Positions 1-11,447 of a stretch of 64,000 nt of DNA are shown here, in pieces. The stretch's first letter is position 1; each line of letters opens with the position of its first letter. A model generated the notes under the pieces. It searched no databases, was not told where the DNA came from, and worked only from the letters and a program-made list of their open reading frames with translations. The stretch covers positions 122,328,001 through 122,392,000 of the forward strand of contig NC_087436.1 in the NCBI RefSeq assembly GCF_036321535.1, read 5' to 3'. Source of the stretch: Camelus dromedarius (taxonomy: Eukaryota). The position numbers and the translations under genes were made by a program.

Positions 1-769
1 GCAGTGAACTGCCAGACACGCCGGCCAGAGGACCTCCACCCAGATTCGGGGAAACACCTGCTGACACTGATGGTGGTCCCGAGCCCTGGGCCCTCAGTGG
101 AGACCCCCCCAGACACAGCCATCAGCTCCCAGACCCAAGCTTAACAATGAGGCTGCACTTGAGGGCCATCAGGCATCCAAGGAAAACTTACTGTAAGAGG
201 CAAAAATTTTAAAGCAAAAGAGAACTAGGAGCTTAGAGGAACACACAGCACAGGGAGTGAGAGAAGCTTCCAGGCGTATGCCCACCAGCAGGGAAGCTCC
301 ACACGCGCTCCGCACAGGGCTCGGGCTGCCCCTGCCTCACCGCCGCCTCCAGGAGGGGAACCGGCGGCCGGGGCTGAGGTAAGTAGAGAGCTTTTGACAC
401 CAAAGGTTTTAATTCTGAAGCATGTGAATATAGTATCTAATTAAAGTTCTTCAAATTTTCAAAGGAATATTGTGAAACTGTAAAAATATTTCCAAAATAA
501 TTAAAAATCCCTGCACTCTCTGTAACTCCATTCCACAGCTGCCAAGGGGACAAAAAGAAAACCAGATACCATACGTTACTACAGTCCTGCCAAAAGGAGA
601 AAAGAAAGGAGGGGCAGGGCAGGAAGGAGGGGGGAGACACGGGAGACGGGAAGAGAAGTGAGGAAGGGGAAAGGAAAGGAGAAACACAGGAGAGAAAAAG
701 GAAGAAAATCTGAAAATCATGCCAACAAAATACCCACATAATAGGAGTTCCAGAAACGGAAGATTTAAA

Positions 770-1985
770 AAATTATGGAAAAGACCTGACCATTTTTCCA
801 CCGAAGACATGCAGACGGCCGACAGGCACACGCAGAGATGCTCATTGCTGCCTCAAACAGCACAAGTGGAAACCAAGGTGAGCCACCACCTCACACCCGC
901 CAGAAGGACTGTCGTCAAGAAGACGAGAAACAGCAAGCACTGGTGAGGACGCGGCGAAAAGGAGCCCTCCTGCCCTGCCGGGGGGACACAACGGTGCAGT
1001 CACTGTGGGAGGCGGTGTGCAGGTTCCTCAAAACATTAAAAACAACGACAGGTGATGCAGTAACCCCACCCATGGGGACACATCAGTGGAAAAGAAACAG
1101 GGTATTGAAGAGGTATCTGCACACTTGTGTTCGCCGCAGCACGACTCCCAAGAACCAACACACTGAAACAACCTAGGTGTCCGTCAGTGCACGAACAGAT
1201 GAAAATGATGTCGTTTATACACACAAAGGACATGATTCAGTCATCAAAAAGGAAGTCCTGGCATCTGAGGCATGGACGAACCCAGAGAACATTATGTTAC
1301 ATGACATTAGCTAGACAGAGAGAGGAATATAAAATAGAAAGTCCACCCCACAGAAGCAGAGGGTACAGCAGGTAGTTGCCAGAGGCTGGGGGGAGGGGAA
1401 ACGGGGAGATGTTGGCCAAAGGATACAGACTTTCATCTCTAAGACAAAGTAAGTTCTAAAAATACACTGTAGAGTCACTGCAATTAATAACACACTTGAA
1501 ACAAACCAAGAGGGTGACTCCTGCGCGTGCTCACACTCCCACTGGAAGGCAGCTGGGCAAGAGGACTGACGTGTTAATCAACCCGCCTGTGGAGACTGTT
1601 TCACAACACGTCCAATCGTTACACTGCGCACTCCATTCTTCCAGTTTTCCTAATGCCTTTTCCCCTAGTTTTACTGAGACACGACCGACACAGAGCACTG
1701 CAGGCTTAAGGTGCACACACCATGATCTGACTTACTTCATGCAGTGATTGTCACAGGAAGTCTAATGAACACCTATCACCTCACACAGACGCAACATTAA
1801 AGAAATAGAAACAATATTTTTTCCTCGTGAGGAGAATTCTTAGGATGTACTCTCTTAACTTTCATATGTAACGTACAGCAGTGCTAATTATATTTATCAT
1901 GTTGTGCATTAGGTCTCTAGACATGGTACACTTTAAATATGTACAATCTTATTTGTCAATTACACCTCAATAAAACTGGGGAGAA
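770..1985 (+). mobile_element. Old L1M-type ORF2 3' end and 3'UTR fragment, interrupted at ~1650-1920 by an antisense L1 3' end
   Basis: Degenerate L1 motifs (caccacctcacacccgccagaag, aggttcctcaaaacattaaaa, terminal ttatttgtcaattacacctcaataaaactggg). Boundaries approximate. Confidence 0.7.
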
Positions 1986-2478
1986 ATGTAAACAACTGGA
2001 GTCAAGATTTTTTAAATTGTGAAAGAAATTACTCAAGACATCCCAGAATCAAAAGGTGGAAGAGACTCAAAGAGTGCTCTGCAGGATGAATGCAAGAGAC
2101 CCACATGGTTTCTAGTGGGGGTGGAAGTTACTGGAGAAGGTGTGGGAGGCAGCGCTTTTCTGCAAACTTGCACGCCAAAATGGTCTGCTCTGTACCTGCA
2201 CTGGATTGATAGCTTGGCTGGGTATAATTTAGATTGGAAATGATTTTTCTCAAAAATCTGAAGGCATTGCTTCATTACTTTGGGGTTTTCTGTGTACATT
2301 TTGTCTGTTTAAGAGAGCTGATGCTGTCAGGGTTTCTGATTCTTTGCAAGTGACCTGTTATCCACCCTCATTCGAAACCATGTGGTCTCTTGCATTCATC
2401 CTGCAGAGCACTCAGTGTTTGGTTTAGCTGAATAATAGAACAATTAATATTCATTTAAACCAAAAATTCTTTTAAAAC

Positions 2479-2905
2479 TGTGGTAGACTAAAGGCAGCCA
2501 AAAACACTCTGCCACTCCCCCACCAAGAGATAAAGTCTATGTCTCCACCCTGAGGCTGGCCTGGGCCCGTGACCACGCTCACCAGCAGATACGGCAAACG
2601 CAATGACTGGCCGCAGCCAGTCTTGCCCTAAAGAGCGCTGGCATCTTCTCCTCCTCCCTCGGGAAGCCACCACCATGCTGGGAGGGGGCCCAGGCAGCCT
2701 CACAGGAGGCCCTGGGCAGGGAACTGGTGGGCTGTGGCCAATACCAGCGGGCAGCACAAATGAAACCACCTGGCTCTCGGCAGCAGAGAGCAGCAACAAG
2801 CTAACGCAGGCACACCGTGTCCAAACTTCAAGCTGTAAACAAATGTCAGGTTTTCAACCACTAAGTTCTGGAATAGCTTATTAGGTAGGAAGAGACAACC
2901 CAGAC
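2479..2905 (+). mobile_element. MaLR (MLT1-like) solo LTR, degenerate
   Basis: Begins tgtggtaga and ends with MLT1-like ttttcaaccactaagttctggaatag...agacaacc. Family call from recall. Confidence 0.55.
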
Positions 2906-3359
2906 GCCACAGTACCTGGAAGTGGGGAGGGGGAAGTGGGAGGCCAGGGGATGAGAAAGCTAAATCCGTATCTCCCGCCAACAGAACTTGACACATAGTA
3001 TATAAACCTCAAAGTCCTCAACTCAGCAAACTAAGCAAGTTATTTAAAAACACAGACAGACGCCACGAGCAACAGCTGCGAGAGCAGAGCCTGGCCGGCC
3101 ACCTTCTGCCGCGGCCGTGCAGAGGGGCTGTCTTCAGGGCGCATGGCCCAGTCTGATGACGGAAAGCGTCAACCGGAAATAGACCTAACTGTTAGATTGG
3201 CAAGATCAGAGTCGTCAGTTGCCTTCTACTTTTCTGATTCAGACAAATTTTTCACAAAATGTATTTTCTGATTATAAAATTATTAATAATAATCAAGCTT
3301 TCTATTTTGCCTTAATGATGTGTCAAAAAAACTACACACCCTTGAAAATAAGATTTCTA

Positions 3360-4880
3360 ACCCCCCCAAACTTTAGACAATACTACATAGCTACAGTAAT
3401 CAAAACAGCATGGTATTGATACAGAAACAGACATATAGGTCAATGGAACAGCAGAGAGCCCAGAAATAAATCCACAAACATTTGGTTAATTAATTTCTGA
3501 CAAACGAGGCAAAAACATACAATGGAGTAAAGACAGCCTCTTCAGCAAGTGGTGTTGGGAAAACTAGACAGGTGCATGTAAATCAATGAAGTTAGAACAC
3601 TCCCTCACACCATACACAAAAATAAACTCAAAATGGCTTAGACTTAAACGTAAGACAAGACACTATAAATCTCTTACAAGGAAACATAGGCAAAACATTA
3701 TCTGACATACATCTCAGCAATGTTCTCCTAGGGCAGTCTACCCAAGCAATAAAAATAAAAGCAAAAGAAACAAATAGGACCTAATTACACTTATAAGGTT
3801 TTGCACAACAAAGGAAACCATAAGCAAAACAAAAAGACAACCTATGGAATGGGAGAAAATATTTGCAAAAGGTGAGACTGACAAGGGCTTAATTTCCAGA
3901 ACATATAAACAGCTCATACAGCTTAATAAGAAAAAAATAAACCCATCCAAAAATGGGCAGAAGACCTAAACAAGCAATTCTCCAATGAAGACATAAGAAT
4001 GGCCAATAGGCACATGAAAAAATGCTCAATATCACTAATTATCAGAGAAATGCAAATCAAAACTACATTGAAGTATCACCTCACACCTGTTGGAATGGCC
4101 ATCATTCAAAACTCCACAAACAATAAATGCTGGAGAGGGTGTGGAGAAAAGGGAACCTTCCTACACTGCTGGTGGGAATGCAGTTTGGTGCAGCCACTAT
4201 GGAAAACAGTTTGGAGATTCCTCAAAAAACTAAAAATAGACTTACCATATGATCCAGCAATCCCACTTCTGGGCATATATCCAGAGAGAACCTTAATTCA
4301 AAAAGACACCTGCACACCAATGTTCATAACAGCACTATTTACAATAGCTAAGACATGGAAACAACCTAAATGTCCATCAATAGATGAATGGATAAAGAAG
4401 CTGTGGTATATTTATACGATGGAATACTAGTCAGCCATAAAAATAATAAAATAATACCATTTGCAGCAACATAGATGGACCTGGAGATCATCACTGTCTA
4501 AGTGAAGTAAGCCAGAAAGAGAAAGAAAAATACCGTATGATATTACTTTTCTGTGAAATCTTAAAAACACACACAAATGCACTTATTTACAAAACAGAAA
4601 CAGACCCACAGACAAACTCATGGTTACCAGGGGAGAAGGGGGTGGGAAGGGATAAACTGGGAGTTCGAGATTTGCAGATACTAACTAATATATATAAAAC
4701 AGACAAACAAGTTTATATTGTATAGCAGAGGGAACTACATTCAAAATCTTATAATAACTTATGGTGAAAAAGTATGAAAATGAATATATGTTCCTATATG
4801 ACTGTAGTATCGTGCTGTACACCAGAAATTAACACAACATTGTATACTGATTATACTTCAATAAAGTATATACACATATA
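3360..4880 (+). mobile_element. 5'-truncated, relatively young LINE-1 (ORF2 C-terminus plus 3'UTR) with 15-bp TSD
   Basis: ORF 3999-4430 is the L1 ORF2 cysteine-rich C-terminus ([18 protein letters not shown]...KWPKCPS-like...WYIYTMEY). AATAAA at ~4860. TSD aaaataagatttcta (3345-3359) / aaagtaagatttcta (4881-4895), 14/15 identical. In-frame stops upstream. Confidence 0.92.
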
Positions 4881-7333
4881 AAAGTAAGATTTCTACAGCC
4901 TCTAGGCTGAAGCTCAGAACTTAGTTTCTGCTACATCATCCTCGTGCTGGGAACTCACAAAGGGAGGGCAGTGGGGATGGTGCCAGAATCCGGTCAGGAC
5001 AGAGAACCAGCTCTGAAACCGACAGCAAGAACGAGAGGAGCAGTCGGCACCGACCAGGGGAGGCAGCAGTGGCTTCTGGAAGACAGGGACAGACCAGACA
5101 GAGTGCAGAGCCTCCCCACAAGCACCCAGGGTGTCCTTCACACACCAGTGCTATGCCCGGCCCCAAGGAGTCACCTTGGAGTCTTCAAGAGACGGAAAAG
5201 TGAAGCCAGGGCAAGATCTTGCTGAAACATTTCATTTCTAGTGGGCCAGCAAGACCTAGGTTTCCTCTGTCTCAGAAGTTTATCAGCCTGCAAAAATGAA
5301 CAGGGCCCTCTGCAAAGGAAGTGGAGACGGTAATCACCTGTGACTTGTCCTGACCCTTGACTGGTGTCACCTGCTCGCTCACAGAGAGCCCTAACACGGT
5401 GTCCAAGGAACCGCACAAGCTTGGCCTCCAGAGGTAGGCACCGGACTGACAAGAACTGCTAGTGTTTTCTCTAAGAAGTTGTACGCAGTTGAATTTTAAA
5501 GAAATAAATACTTGATACGGATTTCAGAACTCAACAGAAAAGAATCCAATAAACTGTTAATATGACACTTAATCTCAACTCCTCTTCCACAAATAAAGTA
5601 CACAATCTCAGACACAGAACAACAGGAGAGAACCCTAACAGCAGCGTTCTTGCAGCTCTCATTCCGGGAAGAGCTGCTCCCCCCCAAAACACGCCTTTTC
5701 TCTCCAGGAGGAAGAGGAAGCTGTGTGAAGTCAGACAGCTCCTCCACCTCTCCGGCCAGCTCCGGCCTGCACCGCGGAGGACTTCAAACCTGGAGAAGCA
5801 GGGTCCTCAGCACCCAGGCCACACCGACGGGCACAGGCCCTGCCCGCCACCCCAGGTCCCAAGCACACCACCAGCTCACCCTCAGAGGCACACCTGCGGC
5901 AGGGGCCGGGACAAGGCAAGGGTGCTGCCTGCGTCATGCTTCCACTCACGTGGGAGGGCAGGTGGGGACAGCAAGTGAGGGTCAGAAGCGCAGGGAGGGC
6001 ACCATCACAAATGGGGGCTCCGCCGAGACCTGATCCTTGAGTGGAGGAGTTAGTGGGAGTTTTAAATCTCCTTGCTCGGCTTTTCCTGGTTTCTGAAACT
6101 TGAAAGGGAAGTAAATGCAAACGCTCACAAAAATCTACAGTCTGGACAGCAAACTGTGCTTCCGCCATCTGGTTTCGTCCAACAAAACTCAGGGCCTCGC
6201 TGACACCTCCCTCCTATCCCAACAACAGGCTTTATCAGCTTCGTCCAGAATCTCTTCCCGCTGATATGCGGACCACCTCTCCCCTCGGGCCCACCCCCCA
6301 CAAGGACTGACGCCACAGGCTCCTAACTGGCTGATCAGGGAGCAGCACCACACGGGCTTGTGAGAACACAGGCCGCTGCACCCCACTCCAGAGCCTGACT
6401 CAGCAGCTCAAGGGGGGGCCCGGGAGCGGGCATTTCTAAGGAGCTCCTGGTGACCAGTGCTGCCACTCTGGGGACCGGACCTCGAGAACCCCTAGGCAAG
6501 CTTGTGCAGCAGTAACGGCTCAACCCAGAGCTTGCTTTCTCGCTCACAGCACGTGTCTGTGTGCTCCCGCAATCAGATGCAAAAGAGGACGTGATAAAGC
6601 ACACGTCTCTCTCGGAGCTTTCGTCAGAAGCGACATGTCACCTCATTGTCCAAAGCAAGTCACATGGCCACACCAGATTTCAAGGGGGCAGGGCTGGTCA
6701 GCCTCCCAGGCACCCAAAGCAGGGACAACCGGGAAGACCCTAACCCAAAGAGACAGCAAGCATAGATTGGCCTCCTGTGCCCACCACTCACTCCCCTAAT
6801 CCTCCCATCGCCAGTTTACAGAGAAGCGCACTTCCCAGAGCAGAGATTCACCGCACACACACACACCCCACACCCCTGTTTAAAACCCTTCAAGGGCCTC
6901 ACACTGCTCTTAGGATGACAATTCTCAATACAGCTAAAAGAACTCAACCCGCCCCTGCCCCGCAACCCTGTTTTACACCCATTGCTCCAGCCACTCAGCC
7001 TTAGGTCCGCTCCGTCTCAGGCCTCGTCCGGAATCCTCACACGCGCCCTCTGCCAGGCCTCTTCTGCGCCCCGCCCGAGGCGATCCCATCAGGAAGCCTT
7101 TCCCGACACCAGACCCCAGTTAGGTCTGACCTCCCTACAGATGCTGCTGGCTGTGCCCAGCCTTGCCTTCACGACTTTCTTTTCGCTTCTTGTCATGAGA
7201 ATTCTGAATACACGTAAAGGTAGAGCCCGGCGTCCACCTAGGCCAGTCCTGATCCAGTCACACCCTCGCTGCCCCTTCTTCATAGAACTGTGGAGCAAAT
7301 CCCAGCTGCTGTATCATCTCATTGGCAAATTCT

Positions 7334-7458
7334 TTTACTTTCATTCTTTTTCTTGGTGGGGGTAATTAGGTTTTAGTTAGCTAGTTAGAATGCCAGCACT
7401 GGGGATTGAACCCCGGACCTTGTGCGCTCTGTGTACCACTGAACTTACACCCTCCCCG
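7334..7458 (-). mobile_element. tRNA-derived SINE (camelid-type), internally deleted
   Basis: Minus strand reads ggggagggtgtaagttcagtggtac...gtccggggttcaatccccagtgc (pol III A/B boxes) with an A-rich tail. TSD ctcattggcaaattct (7318-7333) / ctcactgacaaattct (7459-7474). Confidence 0.8.
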
Positions 7459-10400
7459 CTCACTGACAAATTCTGTACGCAGCTCTACACAGTATAAATG
7501 CTTTTCTTAAAACCACTATAGCAGTTAAAAAGCATAATAAAGAATTCCTTAATAACAAATCCGGCCAGTGTTCCAATTTCTAACTGTCTCATAGTGGAAG
7601 TGATGTTTACTTACATCTCTACCTAGCTGGCCTGCCTTGGATGCAAATAAGCCCTACATAGTGTGGTCAGTCCATGTGCCTCCAACCTCCCATCATCCAG
7701 AGACTCCTTGTTTTACTTGCTGAAGAGACCTGGTTACTGCCCAAATCCTAAGTTCTGCCAACGGCCATCCTGCAGGGTAGGTTCATGTGTTCCTTTCCCC
7801 CTGCGTTTCCTGTAAACTGGTTATGGGGCATAAAGGCTTGATCAGTTTCAGGTCAACCCTTTGGCAAGACTACTCACGGGCTTTTCAGAGATGCAGTCTT
7901 TCATCTGCTGTCTCTCCTGTTTCACCCACTCAGGTCTGTAAAGTCCCTGGGACCAAGGACACAGGTTATGGCCCATCGCTGGCACACAGCTAATTCCCAA
8001 GGAACAAAGAAATGTCACCAGAAGCCATACTGATGAACAAAAATATAACGGCACACCATCCTATTCACATGTGGACAGTGTATGTTCAAACGCCCCCCAA
8101 GAGGACAAGCAGTCAGTCCCCAGAGCACAGAAGCAGAGGTCAGGCCCTGCAGGAGCCCCAGGGCTTACAGCCTTGTGAGTTGGGTCAGCACTTCGCATCT
8201 CAGGGATCAGTTCCCTGCTGTGAGGACTCCATGAGGCGAGGGAAGGAGGATTCTTCCTGAAAGCCACAGAGGGAGCAGCTCTGCACAGACGGCACCCACT
8301 CCAAATCTTCTGGGGGAAGCAACACAGAAGGCTCTTATTTCTAAGATATATTTTAACTTTGAAAATCTAGGAATTCAATTTTTACAAACCGAAATTCTTT
8401 AGGAATACTGAGGACTCCAAAGTATCTCTTCCATGTGTTAACTCTCAGTGAATACCAGGCACTGCCCAAAGCCCAGAGGCTGCTGCCTTGAAACACCCAC
8501 AGTCCACAGAGGGGCAGGAGCCTGAGCCCCATGCCCGAGGCAGGGCCTAGCGCCCAGAGACACAACGGCTGGGGAGAGAAAACCAACACGTTGAGCGCCA
8601 CAGTGCAGGGGCGGTAACGCTGGCAGAGACAGAGACGAAGGCTGGGCTCAAGGGGAGCAGAGCAGGGCCGAGCAGGGCAGCTTGGGAAGAAGCCACGGCT
8701 CAGGGAAGACCCGTGGGGCCAGTGCAGCTCCTCACCAGAGCGGCAGCGGCATGACAATGAGATCACAGAGCAGCCGCAAGGGGCTGGCCAGTGAAGATGC
8801 TGGAAAAACACAAGGGACCACACGCCATGCTCAGGACCTAGGGCTTCCTCTTCTGGGTGAAGAGGAATGCACCACAGACACATTTTCAGCTGGCAGGTGA
8901 GATCAGAGTTTCTTTCTGGAAGGAAGAGAGGTAGACCAGAAACAAGGCCTACCTTCCCTTCCACTGGTTCACAGTGAGATAAAATGGTCCCCTCTCCACC
9001 CAGTCTCCTCACATACTATTCACACCCTGTGAACAGCAGGGGCACCTGGGCCACCCTCCCCTCTTATTCTGGGCCCCACGTGGGCCCCAGCCCACCGAAG
9101 AGACTTCGGTCCCCACCTCCTGCATCTGTCCACTCTTCCTACCCCATCTCCTGGGCCTTGGGAAGGACACTGTTCTCTAGCACCGGCCCACAGCTCTCCT
9201 CGCTGACCTGTCACTGCCCATGGCCCTCCACCTTTCCAACCTCACTCCAGGGAAGCACCCTCATGCCACTCCCTTCATCCACACCACCGCTGAGACACCC
9301 TGTGCCATGCCAGACATCACACTAGAGGGCTGAGAGTCTGTTCACTCAAACAGTCTCTGACTGACAGTCACTCGGCTACTGTTCCAGGCACGAGGCATAC
9401 GACAGTAATCAAAGCCACAGAAGAGCAATCCCTGCTTTACAGACACCTCGATGAAGCCAGGCAGAGAGACAAAAGGAAAATGCCTGGAATGTCAGAGGAC
9501 AAGTGCTGCGGAATAGAAGCGAAGGCAGATGGGCAGGGCCAGACGCAGCAGGGTGTCTTAAATCAGTGTCAGGGAAGGGGCCGAGAAGGGGAAGTTTGAG
9601 TAAAGCCTCACAGGCAGCAAAGAGCAAGCCAGGCAGGTGTCCCGGCAGAAGGCACAGCAGGTGCAGTTGCCTGGGGCCTGGAATGGCCTCGGTGCTCCAG
9701 GAGGCCAGAGGCCAGGGTGGCCGGAGCAGAGTGAGAATGGAGCAGGCGAAACACAATGTGCTCAAGACATACCTATGAGGGCTCTCCAGACAGGCAGGGA
9801 GTCTGGGGTTGCTTTCTAGCAGGGAGGTCCAAGCCGAGAGCTGAATGAGAAGGAATTAACAGGAAAAGCCAGCTGAGCCCACACATGCACTGGAGGGGAG
9901 GAGTGGGAAGCAGGGACAAAATCTGACTACGCAGAGGCCCAGGGGAAGAGCTCAGCAGCAAGACGGGCTGAAGAGGTCAGGGGAGGTCAAAACAAGAAGC
10001 CCAATGACAGACTGGTCTTGAACCCCAAAGGACAGCAGAGATCCCTGAAGAGTGGGGCCTCACATGATCACAGCTACATTCTAGAAAGACCAGGCAGGGT
10101 GTGGAGTACTGACTGAGGTTAGTAAAGCCGGAGACAGAAACACACTTTCCGACCTGCCAGCCTCCATAACACAACAGCAAACACACGTGAAAAATTAATC
10201 AAAATGTGAAAACACTGCTGATATAATACACCCTTAACAGCACAACAAACAATTCATATCATCAACTCTTTCAATGACAACCAGTCAAGTTAAAAGTTGA
10301 GCTCCCAACTCCTTCCAGTAAGACCAAACATTGTCTCTCTACAAACCCACTAGGGAAGTCTCACTACTAGGGTTTTTGAGCTGTAGGCCAGCACTCAGCT

Positions 10401-11340
10401 CAGCCAGCATTTAGCAGTTTCTATCATCATATACCTTGTTGAAACCAATAAGTATTAAAAAAAAATTAAGATGCTTTGAAAATTGAGCTTTGGCCGTTTG
10501 CTTTTTGGAAGGCAGACTCAAGAACAAAACTAATTTGAGGTCTGTCTTGAATTATTTAACTAGCAACCAAATCTCATCAAATCAATCAGCTCCTTTGTAT
10601 ACTGAAACCAAGAGACAAATGCAAAATGCTGACAAGTCCCCGGGGTAACCAATTTAAGTCTTTTTCTCCCCAAAGTGCTTACCGTAATAACAGTTCCTGA
10701 AAAGGAAATTAACAGATCACATAAAAACACTTTGTAAAATATAAACATAATCCTTTACAACTTCCATGTTGCCTGCTCTTGTATTTTGTATATTTTACAC
10801 TCTTTTTACTTTGCCCAGTGACGCAGAGAGGTTCAGCAGAAACATCTCAGTGGTAGGTACAGGTCTGTTCAATTATTTGTTGTACTCATATGCTTGCAAT
10901 TTTTCATCATTAATTTTTATTTAACCTTTGAGTTGACTATGATGGAAAAAGGAAAAGGAAGGAAATAGCCCTGCCTGGCCAACAGGGTCTTGGCTCCCCC
11001 AGGTAAAGTGGCCACAGCCAGCCCCTGACTTTTCACACTCAGCTTCTTCCAGGGGGTCCCTTTCCCCTCAAACATGACTTAAGGAAAAGAAACACAAACA
11101 GGCCAGATGCTGGTATTAGAATGTGTTGTTTATCCTAAATCATACGCCCATTTATTCAGCATTCACTGGAGGCCTGCCCTGAGGAGGCACCAGTGCAGGC
11201 CAGGCTGCCCAAGGTTTTGCGAATCCTACCTCCAAAAGCTCATACAACAGGAGAGAAAGGTCACTTACAGCCATCAAAGGCTGGGTCCTCTGCGCTCAAA
11301 AAGGGAGACAGCTGGTCCACACCCAACAAGAGTCCACACA

Positions 11341-11447
11341 GTGCTCGCTCCGGCAGCACAAATACCAAAACTGGACCGCCACAGAGAAGAGCAGCACGGC
11401 CCCTGTACAAGGTGACACGCAAATTTGCAAAGCGGTCCGTACATTTT
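11341..11447 (+). pseudogene. U6 snRNA retropseudogene, full length, ~80-85% identical; 5' part of a chimeric retrocopy
   Basis: Aligns end to end with U6 (GTGCTCGCTtCGGCAGCACA...ACAGAGAAGA...TGACACGCAAATT...TTTT). About 17 substitutions and small indels by eye. Flanked by a TSD; no PSE/TATA recognised upstream. Confidence 0.93.

Noticed and set aside
376..384. Consensus plus-strand donor GAG|GTAAGT after a small GC-rich patch
   Set aside because: Antisense to NSD2 with no convincing upstream acceptor or promoter. A single 9-mer is expected by chance in 64 kb.
595..715. Purine-rich tract and ORFs 437-739 and 451-831 (minus)
   Set aside because: Low-complexity sequence giving F/S/P/L-rich translations with no protein signature.
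3999..4430. 143-aa ORF with a cysteine-rich motif
   Set aside because: It is the C-terminus of a truncated L1 ORF2, not a host gene.
11341..11447. Functional U6 snRNA gene
   Set aside because: Many substitutions including next to the ACAGAGA box and in the ISL, a TSD and poly(A), and no recognisable PSE/TATA.
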